A stretch of 64,000 bases of DNA from Eledone cirrhosa (lineage: Eukaryota): positions 55,227 to 119,226 of the forward strand of contig CAXHJY010000868.1 in assembly GCA_964016885.1 (NCBI GenBank), in the 5' to 3' direction. The stretch's first letter is position 1. Every line of letters starts with the position of its first letter. The notes below the pieces were generated by a model. The model made no database searches. It was not told the DNA's origin and worked only from the letters and a program-made list of their open reading frames with translations. Below are positions 38,262 through 52,638 of the stretch, piece by piece. Position numbers and translations under genes: made by a program.

Positions 38262-38857
38262 GGGGGATGGATTATCAGAATTGGTAGATCATTGGATAAA
38301 ATATCATTGAGGTATTTGTTCTGGTTCTTTACATTCTGAGTTCAAATCCTGCCTTCCATCTATCAAGGGTTGATAAAATAAAGTTCCTATCAAGTACTGG
38401 ATTGATTTAATCAACCTTGCCTTTCAACTAAATCTGCTGGCCTTCTGCCTAAAGTAGTAATCAATATTTTTACCATTCTTAGAGAAATCTTAGGAAAATG
38501 TTACTATATTCCCATACATTGATGTTTCTGCATTTAAAGATAATCAGTGTAGCTTTTAGAAAACTATTTCTTTTCTTTTACTTTTATTATAATAATAATA
38601 ATAATGAAAATTATTGTGTACAGTGCTCAGGTACACTACAACTCATCAAAGGTGCATGTATAGTACATAGAATAATTATTTCTACTTTTGACACAAGGCC
38701 AGCAATTATTCCAGTGCATTACTAGTACTTAATTTTATCGACCCCATAAGGATGGAAGGCAAAGTTAACCTTGGTGGGATTTGAACTCAGACTGTAAAGG
38801 GACGTAACTCTATGCTGCAAAAGAAGGCGTCAGGTCCTCTACTGATACTACCAATCC
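38262..38857. mobile_element. Two SINE copies in opposite orientation (+ ~38262-38460, - ~38675-38857)
   Basis: B-box gagttcaaatcc and core motif. Confidence 0.7.
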
Positions 38858-39539
38858 GTACATAGAATAATATACAAATGTTAGGAAAGTGAACAGTGTA
38901 TGAGTCATGATATACATGTGTGCGTGTGTATGGAGGGGGAATATCAAGTGTAGTGTTGGTGAATTTCAGGAAACATGGAGGTTTTAAAGGATGCAGTGTC
39001 CCTACAGCTAACAACTGATGCAGGTAGTTTGTTCCATGCTTCAGGAACTCTGAGCATGGACAAATGGCATGGGAGCTGTGCTGTTTTCTGACTTTGTAGG
39101 CATATCTACGGGTGTTAGACGCATGGAATTCAAAAAGGTGCACAGGGTTGTTGTTGGCAAGATGGTTAATAATTTTGTGGCTGTTTACCAAGTCAGTTGC
39201 CAAACATCAGAGCTTTAATGCATTCCTGCCCAGAGTATGGTAAATGCCTGATGGAGGGTATTCGCTTGGTTGCATGTCTCGGAACAGTTTCCAGGAGGTC
39301 AATATTCTCAGCAAAGCTGAATCAGAAAACTGTATATTTTGACAAAACACATTATTTTAAATTCTCAACTCATCTTTAATTATATAATTACTGTTATATT
39401 TTCATTTTCAACAAATTGTTTTTCAATAAACTTGGTCGCCACTAGGGTTACATCTCATAGGAGGTTTCCTGAGAGTTTGAATAATACATACTCAAGATAA
39501 GTTTTAGGCATAAGAATCCTTTTGAATATAATATTAATT

Positions 39540-40662
39540 CTTCTCCTTCTCATCCTTTGCCCACTTAATCCTGGGAGGGTCATGGGGGCAGTCCTCAAAC
39601 ACTCCTTCCAGCAAAGCAACCATCTCCAACTGATCCAGCTAGATCTCCAAGCAAGACAAACCAAGCTCGGAGTCTACCCCTGGGTCTCCTGCCAGTTGGT
39701 TTTGCCTTGGAGTGACTCGTTGATCTCTGAGCTACGCACTCTATTGAGTAACATTACTCCAAAGACCCCATTTTGGCTGCTTGTATTCACGATCATATTA
39801 TTTTGGTCATTATAAAAGATTCATGACCATAGGTAAGAGTTGGCTTGAATACCGAGTTCATTTGATTATTGATTGCTGAAGCTGGCACTTTACTGCACAG
39901 CTCCTGCAATTATTGAACATAATTCAGCCTCCTGCCTTCCATCATTCGTGAACACGGCCCAAGATACTTGATCTTCTCTACCTGCTTCAGTGGAACTCCA
40001 TTTACATGTAGAATGCACTGCGCAGGCTTCCTTGAGAGTACAAGCATCTCAGTTTTCGCAGCACTGATCTTCCAGCTATGCAGTACTCAGCACCAAACCT
40101 ATCAAGTGCAAGTCAGAGATCATCTGTTGCATTAAATAACACCATGTCATCTGCAAATTCCAGTTGACTGATTTTACACCCTTCAGTCATAATACCACTT
40201 TGGGGTCTCAGGATATCCAATCTTTGTACATCCATACCCTGCCTCCCAGGACAGGTCACAGGCCCTTCACTAGTTTTTACAGTTTTACAGGCCTAAATGC
40301 GTCCCTTGAAGACTCATACTACATGAAGGACAATGTAGTATGATTCTTGTTCTTACTCTCACCATATTGCAGTTTTTGGTGATCTTTTTGCAACAGTCAC
40401 CAATTTGGTACTTTCTCAAACCCATGAAGATTAGACTTTTTTACTCGCCTCATCATAGCTACATCACTGGGTTGTGAGTTTTTTTTTCGGAGCTAAAGGT
40501 ATCACCCATTGTTCCATCTCCCCTAATATTTTACTGCTGTTGGTCTGTGGCTGCTTATTCATCTGATAAGTGTCCGCTTATATTGCAACTAACCATCATA
40601 TCTATTAGTCGTATTGCTCTCCGCTACCTGTGACCTGTTCTCTAGCAGAACAACTCTGCTGA
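39540..40662 (-). mobile_element. Internally deleted RTE derivative (5'UTR joined to 3' end)
   Basis: 39540-40200 matches the family 3' end; 40201-40662 is the reverse complement of the 5'UTR seen at ~17675-18190. Confidence 0.72.
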
Positions 40663-40805
40663 AAAATGTTTTAATTCTAAAATATTTCCAGCTGAATGTG
40701 AAAATATTTGGAACTACTTTGGTAAGTTATAAAAGGGAGAAAAACTAAATGTTTGTGTATAGAACATATTACTACCAATTAGGTTTTCTTTATTTTCCTC
40801 TGTAG

Positions 40806-40950
40806 GATGAGCACATAGAATCTAACACTGAAGACAGTATATACTTTTCTGAAGATGAGACTGTAGCTATAACAAATATAGTTCCAGAAACAGAGACTGT
40901 AGAGGTATTGGATGATGATCAACCTGAAGCTATATCAGATAAAAATTCTG
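40806..40950 (+). CDS. NOV-like gene, exon M (acidic linker)
   Basis: ctgtag|GAT...TCTG|gtaatc; acidic open frame that bridges phase 0 to phase 1 as the neighbouring exons require. Confidence 0.75.
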
Positions 40951-41502
40951 GTAATCAATTTTAGTTTATCTGTATTTACATTTTTTTGTTTTCTCTATTT
41001 AGTGTTTTTTTATTTTTCCATGCTATCATATATGTGTTAAGTTCTGTATATTGTGATATTTGTACAGTTCTATGTTATTTCTATTGTTAATCTATCAACT
41101 GTAAAGTTAGAGTAAATGTCTCAGAACATGACCCACTGTTCAACCCTTGTTAGCATGGAAAGTGGACGTTAATATGACGATGTTAATGATGATATTATCA
41201 TAGATATGTGTGTATAAATGTTGAGTTCTGTATATTGTGATATTTGTACAGTTCTATGTTATTTCTATTGTTAATGTCTCAGAACATGACACATCATCAT
41301 TAACATCTATTTTCCGTGGTTAGATGGGTAGCATCATTAAACATGTTATAGATATGTGTGTGTGTATAAATGTTGAGTTTCTTTCTATGTTATATCTTAA
41401 TCTTGGTACATTTGTATGTTAATAAATCTTTATCTTTATATTTCAAGATTTTCAACTTCAAATTGAGTAACATTTTGAAAAAAATCTTTTTTCTTCTTAC
41501 AG

Positions 41503-41976
41503 ATGTTATTGTAATTGATGAAGAAAATGAAGAAAGTGATACAGAAGATGCTAATAATACACAGTATGAGATTTTACCTGAAGAGAAAAAGGAAGAAGAA
41601 ATCTGCCCACAGAGGGCTTTGATTGAAACGATCCGTCGTGAAGAATTTGGTCTTGGCATTAAACTCAATGCTGATGGCCAGAAGTTGATTGATCGACAAC
41701 AAGAACGTCTAGGTCGTAGTTTAGATAGATTATCTAAAGACTTGTATAGTAAAGATTCTCATTTTGTGTTGGAATTAATTCAAAATGCTGATGACAACAC
41801 CTACCCAGAGAAGTTTTCTTCTAAAGATTCAACAGACTGCCCCTCAGTGAAGTTCTGTATAAATAGTAGTTCAGTGACTATTCTAAACAATGAGGTTGGT
41901 TTTAAGGAAAAAAATATTCGAGCCATCTGTGATGTTGGCAAGAGTACCAAAGAAAAACGTAAATTTGGTTATATTG
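41503..41976 (+). CDS. NOV-like gene, exon N: start of the sacsin-like GHKL ATPase
   Basis: IETIRREEFGLG..LSKDLYSKDSHFVLELIQNADDN (GHKL motif I, ExxxN), NNEVGF (motif II), AICDVGKSTK; phase 1-1. Confidence 0.95.
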
Positions 41977-42040
41977 GTGAGTTTGATATTTCATATCTTA
42001 ATCTAAAGTAATTAGTGCTGCAAAAAGCAGTGTTGTTTAA

Positions 42041-42256
42041 CCCTTTAACATTACTCTATAAATACTATTGTATTTTGGGGGGTAAAGGCTTTATCTTACA
42101 TAATTATCTCACATAATATCGAATCTATGATATTTTGATGTTATTTATTTTGAGAACAATACCTTGACATCAGTATGAACAGTAAGTTACGAGCAACTTG
42201 AATAGACAGAGGTGAGAGAATTCTGGCCGGATATTGCCGGTTTAAATGATCAAGAG
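42041..42256. mobile_element. piggyBac-like MITE
   Basis: TTAA flanks, CCCTTTA start; homologous to the 61793-61991 copy. Confidence 0.65.
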
Positions 42257-42467
42257 TTAAATATAAAATTGTTCAGGAAATATATCTAAATATCAGCCAT
42301 ATACTAAACAATGGTTATTTTACAAACCTATTTAGTTTAGAATGTATGTATGTACAGAGACATACCTGTATATATACTTGTGTATATAAACATACCCGTA
42401 TATATACTTGTGTATATACATTTGAAGAAGCCATTTCTACTTCAACAAACTTTCTACCAACATTAAA

Positions 42468-45364
42468 TAGAAGACCACATGTATATTGTCTTAAATCCTA
42501 AATAAGATAGAAGACCACATGTATATTGTATTAAATCCTAAATAAGAGAGAATGCCACATGTATATTGTATTAAATCCTAAATAAGATAGACCACATGTA
42601 TATTGTATTAAATCCTAAATAAGATAGACCACATGTATATTGTATTAAATCCTAAATAAGAGAGAAGACCACATGTATATTGTATTAAATCCTAAATAAG
42701 ATAGACCACATGTATATTGTATTAAATCCTAAATAAGATAGAAGACCACATGTATATTGTATTAAATCCTAAATAAGATAGACCACATGTATATTGTATT
42801 AAATCCTAAATAAGATAGAAGACCACATGTATATTGTATTAAATCCTAAATAAGAGAGAAGAGCACATGTATATTGTATTAAATCCTAAATAAGATAGAA
42901 GACCACATGTATATTGTATTAAATCCTAAATAAGATAGACCACATGTATATTGTATTAAATCCTAAATAAGATAGAAGACCACATGTATATTGTATTAAA
43001 TCCTAAATAAGAGAGAAGAGCACATGTATATTGTATTAAATCCTAAATAAGATAGAAGACCACATGTATATTGTATTAAATCCTAAATAAGATAGACCAC
43101 ATGTATATTGTATTAAATCCTAAATAAGATAGAAGACCACATGTATATTGTATTAAATCCTAAATAAGAGAGAAGAGCACATGTATATTGTATTAAATCC
43201 TAAATAAGAGAGAAGAGCACATGTATATTGTATTAAATCCTAAATAAGATAGAAGACCACATGTATATTGTATTAAATCCTAAATAAGATAGAAGACCAC
43301 ATGTATATTGTATTAAATCCTAAATAAGATAGACCACATGTATATTGTATTAAATCCTAAATAAGATAGAAGACCACATGTATATTGTATTAAATCCTAA
43401 ATAAGATAGACCACATGTATATTGTATTAAATCCTAAATAAGATAGAAGACCACATGTATATTGTATTAAATCCTAAATAAGAAAGTAGAGCACATGCAT
43501 ATTGTATTATATCCTAAATAAGATAGAAGACCACATGTATATTGTATTAAATCCTAAATAAGAGAGAAGAGCACATGTATATTGTATTAAATCCTAAATA
43601 AGATAGACCACATGTATATTGTATTAAATCGTAAATAAGATAGAAGACCACATGTATATTGTATTAAATCCTAAATAAGATAGACCACATGTATATTGTA
43701 TTAAATCCTAAATAAGATAGAAGACCACATGTATATTGTATTAAATCCTAAATAAGATAGAAGACCACATGTATATTGTATTAAATCCTAAATAAGATAG
43801 AAGACCACGTATATTGTATTAAATCCTAAATAAGAGAGAAGAGCACATGTATATTGTATTAAATCCTAAATAAGATAGAAGACCACATGTATATTGTATT
43901 AAATCCTAAATAAGATAGAAGACCACATGTAAATTGTATTAAATCCTAAATAAGATAGACCACATGTATATTGTATTAAATCCTAAATAAGATAGAAGAC
44001 CACATGTATATTGTATTAAATCCTAAATAAGAAAGTAGAGCACATGCATATTGTATTATATCCTAAATAAGATAGAAGACCACATGTATATTGTATTAAA
44101 TCCTAAATAAGAGAGAAGAGCACATGTATATTGTATTAAATCCTAAATAAGATAGACCACATGTATATTGTATTAAATCCTAAATAAGATAGAAGACCAC
44201 ATGTATATTGTATTAAATCCTAAATAAGATAGACCACATGTATATTGTATTAAATCCTAAATAAGAGAGAAGAGCACATGTATATTGTATTAAATCCTAA
44301 ATAAGATAGACCACATGTATATTGTATTAAATCGTAAATAAGATAGAAGACCACATGTATATTGTATTAAATCCTAAATAAGATAGACCACATGTATATT
44401 GTATTAAATCCTAAATAAGATAGAAGACCACATGTATATTGTATTAAATCCTAAATAAGATAGAAGACCACATGTATATTGTATTAAATCCTAAATAAGA
44501 TAGACCACATGTATATTGTATTAAATCCTAAATAAGATAGAAGACTACATGTATATTGTATTAAATCCTAAATAAGATAGAAGACCACATGTATATTGTA
44601 TTAAATCCTAAATAAGATAGAAGACCACATGTATATTGTATTAAATCCTAAATAAGATAGACCACATGTATATTGTATTAAATCCTAAATAAGAGAGAAG
44701 ACCACATGTATATTGTATTAAATCCTAAATAAGATAGAAGACCACATGTATATTGTATTAAATCCTAAATAAGATAGACCACATGTATATTGTATTAAAT
44801 CCTAAATAAGATAGAAGACCACATGTATATTGTATTAAATCCTAAATAAGATAGACCACATGTATATTGTATTAAATCCTAAATAAGAGAGAAGACCACA
44901 TGTATATTGTATTAAATTCTAAATAAGATAGACCACATGTATATTGTATTAAATCCTAAATAAGATAGAAAACCACATGTATATTGTATTAAATCCTAAA
45001 TAAGATAGACCACATACATATTGTATTAAATCCTAAATAAGATAGAAGACCACATGTATATTGTATTAAATCCTAAATAAGATAGAAGACCACATGTATA
45101 TTGTATTAAATCCTAAATAAGATAGACCACATGTATATTGTATTAAATCCTAAATAAGATAGAAGACCACATGTATATTGTATTAAATCCTAAATAAGAT
45201 AGAAGACCACATGTATGTTGTCTTAAATCCTAAATAAGAGAGAAGAGCACATGTATATTGTATTAAATCCTAAATAAGAGAGAAGACCACATGTATATTG
45301 TCTTAAACCCTAAATAAGAGAGAATACCACATGTATATTGTATTAAATCCTAAATAAGATAGAA
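42468..45364. repeat. 40/37-bp minisatellite, ~2.9 kb
   Basis: Unit taagatagaagaccacatgtatattgtattaaatcctaaa and a variant 3 bp shorter. Confidence 0.97.
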
Positions 45365-45399
45365 TATGGCTCAGTAAAGCCAGTATGGAAACACTGCTT

Positions 45400-45775
45400 C
45401 ATCATCATCATCATCATTATTATTTAATGTCTATTTTTCCACGCTTGCATGGATTAGATGAGTTGTCATGTTATGAGACATGTCATGTCAGGAGACTACA
45501 TCTTGTTCATACAGATCTGTATTTTAGTTTGGTTTCTACAGCTGGATGTCTTTCCTATATCATACAGATCTGTATTTTGGCTTGGTTTCTACAACTGGAT
45601 GTCTTTCCTATATCATACAGATCTGTATTTTGGTTTGGTTTCTACAGCTGGATGTCTTTCCTATATCATATAGATCTGTATTTTGGTTTGGTTTCTACAG
45701 CTGGATGTCTTTCCTATATCATACAGATCTGTATTTTGGCTTGGTTTCTACAGCTGGATACCCTTCCTAATACTA
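45400..45775 (-). mobile_element. RTE 3'UTR-related short element with 53-bp internal tandem repeats
   Basis: (CAT)n tail, tttctacagctggatg motif repeated five times. Confidence 0.75.
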
Positions 45776-46348
45776 ATTAAAATTATAATATTCAAATAAA
45801 ACTAACTCCTCATACATCTTATATCTGTATGTCCAAGATGTTGAATCTATGGATTTTTTCTTACATATCAGTTGGTATAGGACTTAGATCTGTTTGTGTT
45901 GAGTAGATCAGATTTATTGACAGCAATATATCCAAGTTTTGGAGATGTATTTCTCTGGCAAGCTGACCAAGTCACAGACAATGTGACAACTTTTTTTATA
46001 CCTGGAAATAAATGACATATAAATACAAAGGGTTGAGAGGACCTTTCAATTGTGACAAAGACATGACGGCCTCATTAGTGTTGGTGCCATGATAAAATGC
46101 ACACAGTAGAGCACAGGTATATATGTAAGTGAGATGCTGGTCCCCATCCAATCTCCACTTGAATACTGAGTCTGTGAAGCCCCATCCAACCCTTGCTAGC
46201 AGGGAGAATATTAAATGATAATACTGATAAAGTAAAGTTAACAGTTTAATGGCTAAAATAATTCTCCCACAGAGTAATTGAATATATCCAAGTTTCTCTA
46301 TAAATGTCATATTTCCACTACAGTTTATTTTGAATGGTTTCTGTTTAG

Positions 46349-46502
46349 GTCAAAAAGGAATTGGTTTCAAGTCTGTGTTCAGGATAACAGATTGTCCTGA
46401 GATTCATTCCAACAAGTACCACATTTACTTTGATGTAAACAGTGGTCCAACTGGCTATATCCTCCCACATTGGAGTGATAATTGCTTTGATCCAGAAGAT
46501 AG
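46349..46502 (+). CDS. NOV-like gene, exon O: GHKL glycine motif
   Basis: tttag|GT; GQKGIGFKSVFRITDCPEIHSN; donor GATAG|gtttgt; phase 1-2. Confidence 0.95.
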
Positions 46503-46526
46503 GTTTGTTTTCATTTTTCTTTTAAC

Positions 46527-47243
46527 ATCATTGTCACCATTGTCAACATCATTATCATCATCATCATCGTTGTCACTACTATTACCATCATTATTACCAC
46601 CACCATCATCATCTTTATTACCACCACCACTATCACCACCACTGCTACCACCACAACTACTACCACCACCACCACCTCCATCATCATCACCATCACCACC
46701 ACCACTGCCATCATCATCAACACAACCACCACCAGCACTACCACCACCATCACCACCACTACCACCATCATCACCTCCACTACCACCACCACCATCACCA
46801 CCACCACCACCAGTACCACCACCATCATCACCACCACCACAACTACTACCATCATCACCACCACTACCACCACCACCATTACCACTACCACCACCACCAC
46901 CACTATCATCATCATCATCACCACTACCACCATCATCATCATCACTACCACCATCACCACATCACCATCAAGACAACTACTACTACCACCACCACCACCA
47001 CATCATCAACACAACCACCACTACCACCACTACCATCATCACCACTACTACCACCACCATCACCGCCACTACCACAACAACCACTACTACCACCACCATC
47101 ATCATCATCAACACTACTACCACCATCACCACTACCATCATCATCACCACTACCACCATCACCACATCATCATCAAGACAACTACTACTACCACCACTAC
47201 CATCACTACTACCACCATCACCATCACCAACAACAACAACAAT
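46527..47243. repeat. Degenerate (CAC/CAT/TAC)n trinucleotide tract filling the O-P intron
   Basis: Low-complexity triplets. Confidence 0.95.
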
Positions 47244-47320
47244 GTTGATTTAATTTCTATTCTCAATATTCCATCATTTGTTTTTCTTAATTTTCATCTT
47301 ATTTTCTTCTCTCTTAATAG

Positions 47321-47456
47321 TTGGGTTACAAAGATTATTCTACCCTTAAAGGATGGGGTACAACAGTCTAAATCTCTTGCTGCTAGTTTCAATGACATCC
47401 ACCCATCTCTGCTACTCTTTTTACATCGACTTAAAAAGATCACTTTAAGGAATGAG
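47321..47456 (+). CDS. NOV-like gene, exon P
   Basis: taatag|T; WVTKIILPLK..FNDIHPSLLLFLHRLKKI (sacsin/NOV LLFL..L..I motif); donor GAG|gtaagt. Confidence 0.92.
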
Positions 47457-47567
47457 GTAAGTATTTCACAAATGTCTTGACCCTCATGGAATGAGGTAAA
47501 CATGTCATTTTATACTTATTAATGTTTACAGTTTAATGAGATGAAGTCGTAACAATTCTAGTGAATC

Positions 47568-47757
47568 AAGGGTTGGCGGAAAAGTTCATAGGCTGACCAA
47601 GATACTCTCATGGATTGTCCAAATTAGGTTTCTTTTTTAACGTAGTCCTTGGAAAGAAACAATGCAGCTGTTAATAAGTTGAAACTAATGCATACAAGAT
47701 TTCACAGCTTTAGCATCGATCCTTCATAGTCAGCCTATGAACTTTTCAGCCAACTTT
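47568..47757. mobile_element. Mariner-derived MITE (same TIR family as 15904; partial copy at ~56800-56945)
   Basis: aaaagttcataggctgac ... gtcagcctatgaactttt. Confidence 0.8.
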
Positions 47758-48147
47758 CATACCACATTGGGTCAGAGAGACAACATACAAAGACTTTTCA
47801 TGTATTATTTAACGCTATTCTAATGAATTACATCTCTCCAAGCTATAACTCAAGGAATTATTGCAACTCTGCACTAACTATGAATGAAGCAGTCATCAAT
47901 AATGCAGTGTTCCCACTGTTTCCAGTGGTGATTTAAATTTGATGATGATGGTATTTAGTTTACAATCACATAAAAATACACTTACTGTCAACTCTCAAGC
48001 AGTAGACCAATATTATATTATTGTTATAATTCCATAACAATAAACCTAAACTAGTATGTTTTAAATATCTGTTAAGTATTGTTACTACCTTTCTGTTTTA
48101 GTGGGCAGCTGTGCTGTAGTCATATTCCTTGGAGATTTAGTTAAGAA

Positions 48148-49003
48148 CTAGCCGAATTACCCGCGCCTTGCTGCGTTTCCCACATTTTTTTTGTAAGAAA
48201 ATGATGATTGATTTTAAATCAGTGATATAATTTATGGAGAAAAACTCTGCATTTCAATATTACTCAATGTAAAATGTAATGTATGAAAAATTGGAAAACA
48301 TTATTTTCTGTAATATATCAAATCAAAATTACATTGTGAATTGGCAGTATCGGTAGAGGGTCGGACATGCTTTCCAGCATAGTTATGTCCCTTTACGATC
48401 TGAGTTCAAATCCCGCCGAGGTAACTTTGCCTTTCATCCATACAGAAGTCGATAAAATAAAGTACCAGTAATGTGCTGGGTAATTGCTGGCCTTGTGCCA
48501 AAAGTAGAAACAATTTTTAAATCTTATTTTCTTATTTTGTTTCTTGTAAATAATTTTTTTCAAAATATCAAATCAAAACTTTTGTGAATAGGCATCATAT
48601 CTTGTCATTTACCTATGGTTTAAATTTCATATAAATCGAAGGGAAAAAATTTTCAGTGTGGGTTTGTGCCTCCGTGGAACCCTAATAGGGGGTTTAACCC
48701 CCATTAAGGTGTCTTAATATTATTGATGCAGACTGGAAATTATTATTGATGCAGACTGAAAATTATTATGGATGCAGACTGGCAATGGGGGTTTAACCCC
48801 CATTAGGGTGTCTTAATATATCGATGCAGACTGGAAATTATCAAATTTTTTAAACTTCAAAGTACATAAGAAATCAAATGGGCACGTGTCAAGTTTCATC
48901 AAGATTGGTTTGGTAGTTTTTGAGTTTTAGGTTCACAAACAAATCTACAAATACAAACAAGCACACACACAAACAGACAGAAACTGGCATTTATGTATAT
49001 AGA
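48148..49003 (-). mobile_element. Probable non-autonomous Helitron with a nested SINE (~48340-48512)
   Basis: A|TCtatatac 5' end, GC-rich imperfect hairpin and CTAG|T 3' end on -; internal short tandem repeats. Confidence 0.6.
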
Positions 49004-49276
49004 TAGGGGGGTTTAACCCCCATTAGGGTGTCTTAATATTATTGAAATTTGCTGAAATTTCATATAAATCGAAGGGAAAAAATTTTCAGCGGGGGTTTTG
49101 TGCCCCCGGGGCACCCTTTGATTAAAATGAAATATACTTATCCAAGTACCCTGGACAATGTAGTTTCAGAATATATATGGTTATGGGGTCTATCTCCAAA
49201 ACCATAGGAGTAGTTTGTGAACAAACAAACAAACAAACAAACAGACAGGAATACAACTTTATTTTTAGAAAGTATT

Positions 49277-51632
49277 CATCATCATTATCATCATTTTTAT
49301 GTCTGTTTTTCCATCCTTGCATAGGTTGGATGGGTCCTTTTCGGGACAGATTCTCTCCACTCACCACTTTCCTTCGTCATCTCCTCTGTGAGTCTCAGCC
49401 ATCTGAGATCAGCTGTCACCACCTCTGCCAAGGTTTTCCTTGGTCTACCTCTACAGCAGCTTGTCTCCACTGGGGTCTCCTGGCACCTTTTCACCCAGTA
49501 ACTATCATCCATACACATCACATGTCCATACTAACGCAGTCTTCTCTCTTGTACACCACTCCAGATTCCTCTTAAATGCATTTTCTTCCTCAGTTCATCC
49601 AAGCTCTGCCTTTCTCTCACATTTTCATATCACATCCAAGGAAGCATGGTTGCTTCATTTCTCTCCAGCCTATGCATGTCCTATGCAGCCACAGCCCATG
49701 TTTCACTACCATGCAGAATCGCACTTCATACAGGTGTCATACAGTCATCCTTTTGTATGTAGGGAGAAATCTTTTGTTGTCAACCGTGGGAGCAATACTC
49801 CAAACTTCTTCCATCCTATCCTTATTCTAGTTATTATGCTCTCAGAGCACCCTCCCCCACTGCTAATTATGTCACCTAGATAGAGGAAGTTATCAACCTC
49901 TTCTATGGATCTCTCCTGTGATTGGAAAAGGTTTATATCACTGATATTCTTCTCCTCAATTTCCCATGTGCATCTTTTACAAACAAATTCTTAGTCTACC
50001 TGTTATCCCACTACATCTCTTGTGCACCAAAACTTACATTCTGTACATTGTATGGAGTTTATGCTTACTCCTTTTCTACCAGAGCCACTTCCCCGAGGGA
50101 ATCAAGTTCCTATCTTCTTTCCTACTTACTAGCACTTAAATTTTGGCTAAGTTTACTCTTAGACCTTTTGATTCCAAATTCTGTTTCCATAGTCAGAGGT
50201 TATTCTCTAGTTCTTTTATAAATTCAGCTATAATGACAAGGACACCTGCATAGAGAAGTTCCCATGGACAGCCAGTTTTAAACTCCCCTGTTATGGCCTG
50301 GAAAACTATGATGAATAGCAGTGGGCCAAGAACCGAAACCTGATGTACCAGTATCTTGAATTTCTCACTAAACTTTCTACTCTCACTTTACTGACAGCTC
50401 CTCTGTACATATTTTTCACTATTCTCACAGGTCATTCTTCAATACCTAATTCCCTTAAGGACCACCAGATAATAGATCAAAGTACTCTGACAAAGGCCTT
50501 TTCTAGATCAACAAAAGCTAAATATAATTACTTATTCTTGGCTAGGAACTTTTCTTGTAGTTGTCTCACTAAAAAGGACATCTGTATTACCTGATTGACT
50601 ATGCAGGTTACTAGTTCAACTCATACTTCTCCCAATGTTTTTAGCATCCCAGCAACTATTTCTGATGGTCCTGCAGCTTTACCATTCTTCATCTCCTTGA
50701 TTGCTTCTTTGACCTTATAATTGTCAACTTCAATAGCTGGTCCTTCTTTTAAGTAAGTTGGAGATAGTCTCTCTTCCTCCTATATTCATCAGTCTCTCAT
50801 AGTAACATTTCTAGGCCTCTTTCTTTTTAGCATCAGTGGTGCTAACAATATCCTGATTAACACTGACACACTGCCTTGCAGTGTGGAACACTTCACATCT
50901 CTGATCCTCACATCTCAAGACATTGGCAAACTTTCTTTTTTCAGTCACTCTCCAAGCTGTGTATACTTGTCATCTAGCTTCTCTCTTAGCCACCAAATAC
51001 CAATCTCTGTTACCCCCGTTTTTCTAGTCTTTCCATGTTTATCTCTTGGCCTTAATGGCTCTATCCATTATGCTGTTCTACTCCCAGGTCACCCGCTGTC
51101 TGTCACATGCTTTGTTCAAGCTATGGGTCTCGTCAGTAGTTCGCAAGAAGTTGTCACACAGGAGTTTCCAGTTATCATCTATGTTAAAGGCATCTAGCTC
51201 ATCACCCTTCTCATCAAATACTTCCCATGGGGTATTTCTAAACCTATATATAACTAAAAGGTCCTTTAGTTTCCAAACCAATTACCTGCATATCTTGTTC
51301 TGGCTTGTGTTTAATTTGATGTCACTAATAACTAACTTGTGTTAGACAGCACATTCTTCCCCTTGAAAGGCTTTTGCATTTATTACAGTCCATTTATCTT
51401 GTCTTACAAGTAAGAAATCAATCAGGTGGCTGACTGGTTTTCTGAAATTCGTGTTGTAAAGGGTTTGTTCATTTGCATCACAGAATTCCTGAAGCCTCAC
51501 TCTCTCTTCATTTCTTGAACCATAACCATAACTACTGTGAACTCCACTGAATCCATCTTGGTATTGTCCAAAATGTCCATAGAAGTTGCCTGCGAGGATG
51601 AAGGCATCTCTTTCATCAATAGCTGAGTTCAT
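49277..51632 (-). mobile_element. Degraded RTE LINE related to the intact element
   Basis: AGNFYGHFG..GYGSRNEE (APE), RT remnants, GRPRKTL, GAT tail; many stops. Confidence 0.85.
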
Positions 51633-51989
51633 TTTTATATATTGCAGACATCTAATACCAACAACGCCAAAGATAGCAGAAGTTAGTTGTAGAAAGATAG
51701 TTTAGATATAAACTCTTATCTAATACATAACAACTGAGTGGAAATAATTATCAACTTTCTTGTTTTATATGAAATAAAAATTGATATTTTCTGTGATGGT
51801 TTTGGATTAATACAGACATAAGAAGATACTCACCAATAGCAAATTGGAAGTCTTCATCCATTATACTTATATCCTGTCCTAGAATAATTGAACATAATCA
51901 GAAATGTATAACTCAACAAAGTGACTAGAGTGATTTTTGTCTGAGAATCTAGTTTGAAAAATATAAGAAATATAAAGTTTGTATTTCAG

Positions 51990-52121
51990 GTTCAAGACAT
52001 AGAAACAGTGATGCAGCGGTATGATGAACCACATGATATTGTTGAAATAACTTACAATGGAAATGTTGACACTTGGTTTGTTGTAAAGAAACTGCTGGAT
52101 GTTACCAAAGTTTCTGCACAG
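51990..52121 (+). CDS. NOV-like gene, exon Q
   Basis: tttcag|GTT...CAG|gtatga; 132 nt, phase 0-0. Confidence 0.85.
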
Positions 52122-52507
52122 GTATGAAGGAATATCTTTTTGTTCCTATGTCTTCCTAGGGCTCCCTCTTCCACAGGTTCAATCCACTTTCAGTGTTCTA
52201 CATTTCTTTATACAACTGACATCCTCCAGAAACATGTCTATACCAGTGCAGTCTTCTCTCTGGCACACTATATCTGATTTCATTACTAATATATTTGTAT
52301 AAAGCTTGAATATAACAACAGTTATATTTTCCCCACTTCCCTAAATCTCTAAACTTTGCTATTTTTTTATATTTTTTTCTCCAGTTATAAAATATTGCTA
52401 CAAATGTTTAAATTTGAGGAAACCAGTCAACTATACATGAAATGAAAGTAAAGAAATTCTTTCTTTTTCTAATGTTTAAAATGTGTTTCTTATTTCTTTC
52501 TTTTCAG

Positions 52508-52588
52508 ATGAAATCTGATATTGGTGTGGAATCAACAGAGATTGCTTTAGCTTTTCCAATGAAGTTAAACAAGTCTTTCAACTCCCAG
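52508..52588 (+). CDS. NOV-like gene, exon R
   Basis: tttcag|ATG; ESTEIALAFP; CAG|gtctgt; 81 nt. Confidence 0.85.
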
Positions 52589-52638
52589 GTCTGTGTGCAC
52601 TTCTCTCTCTGTCTTTCAAAATGTTTGCACACGCACAT

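Noticed and set aside
28370-45364. CRISPR-like appearance of the regular repeats
   Set aside because: No unique spacers, no cas genes, eukaryotic intronic context; these are head-to-tail minisatellites.
46503-47253. Pro/Thr-rich extension of ORF 46330-47253 (formin or extensin-like)
   Set aside because: A donor at 46502 and an acceptor at 47320 give the conserved NOV continuation; the tract is intronic trinucleotide sequence.
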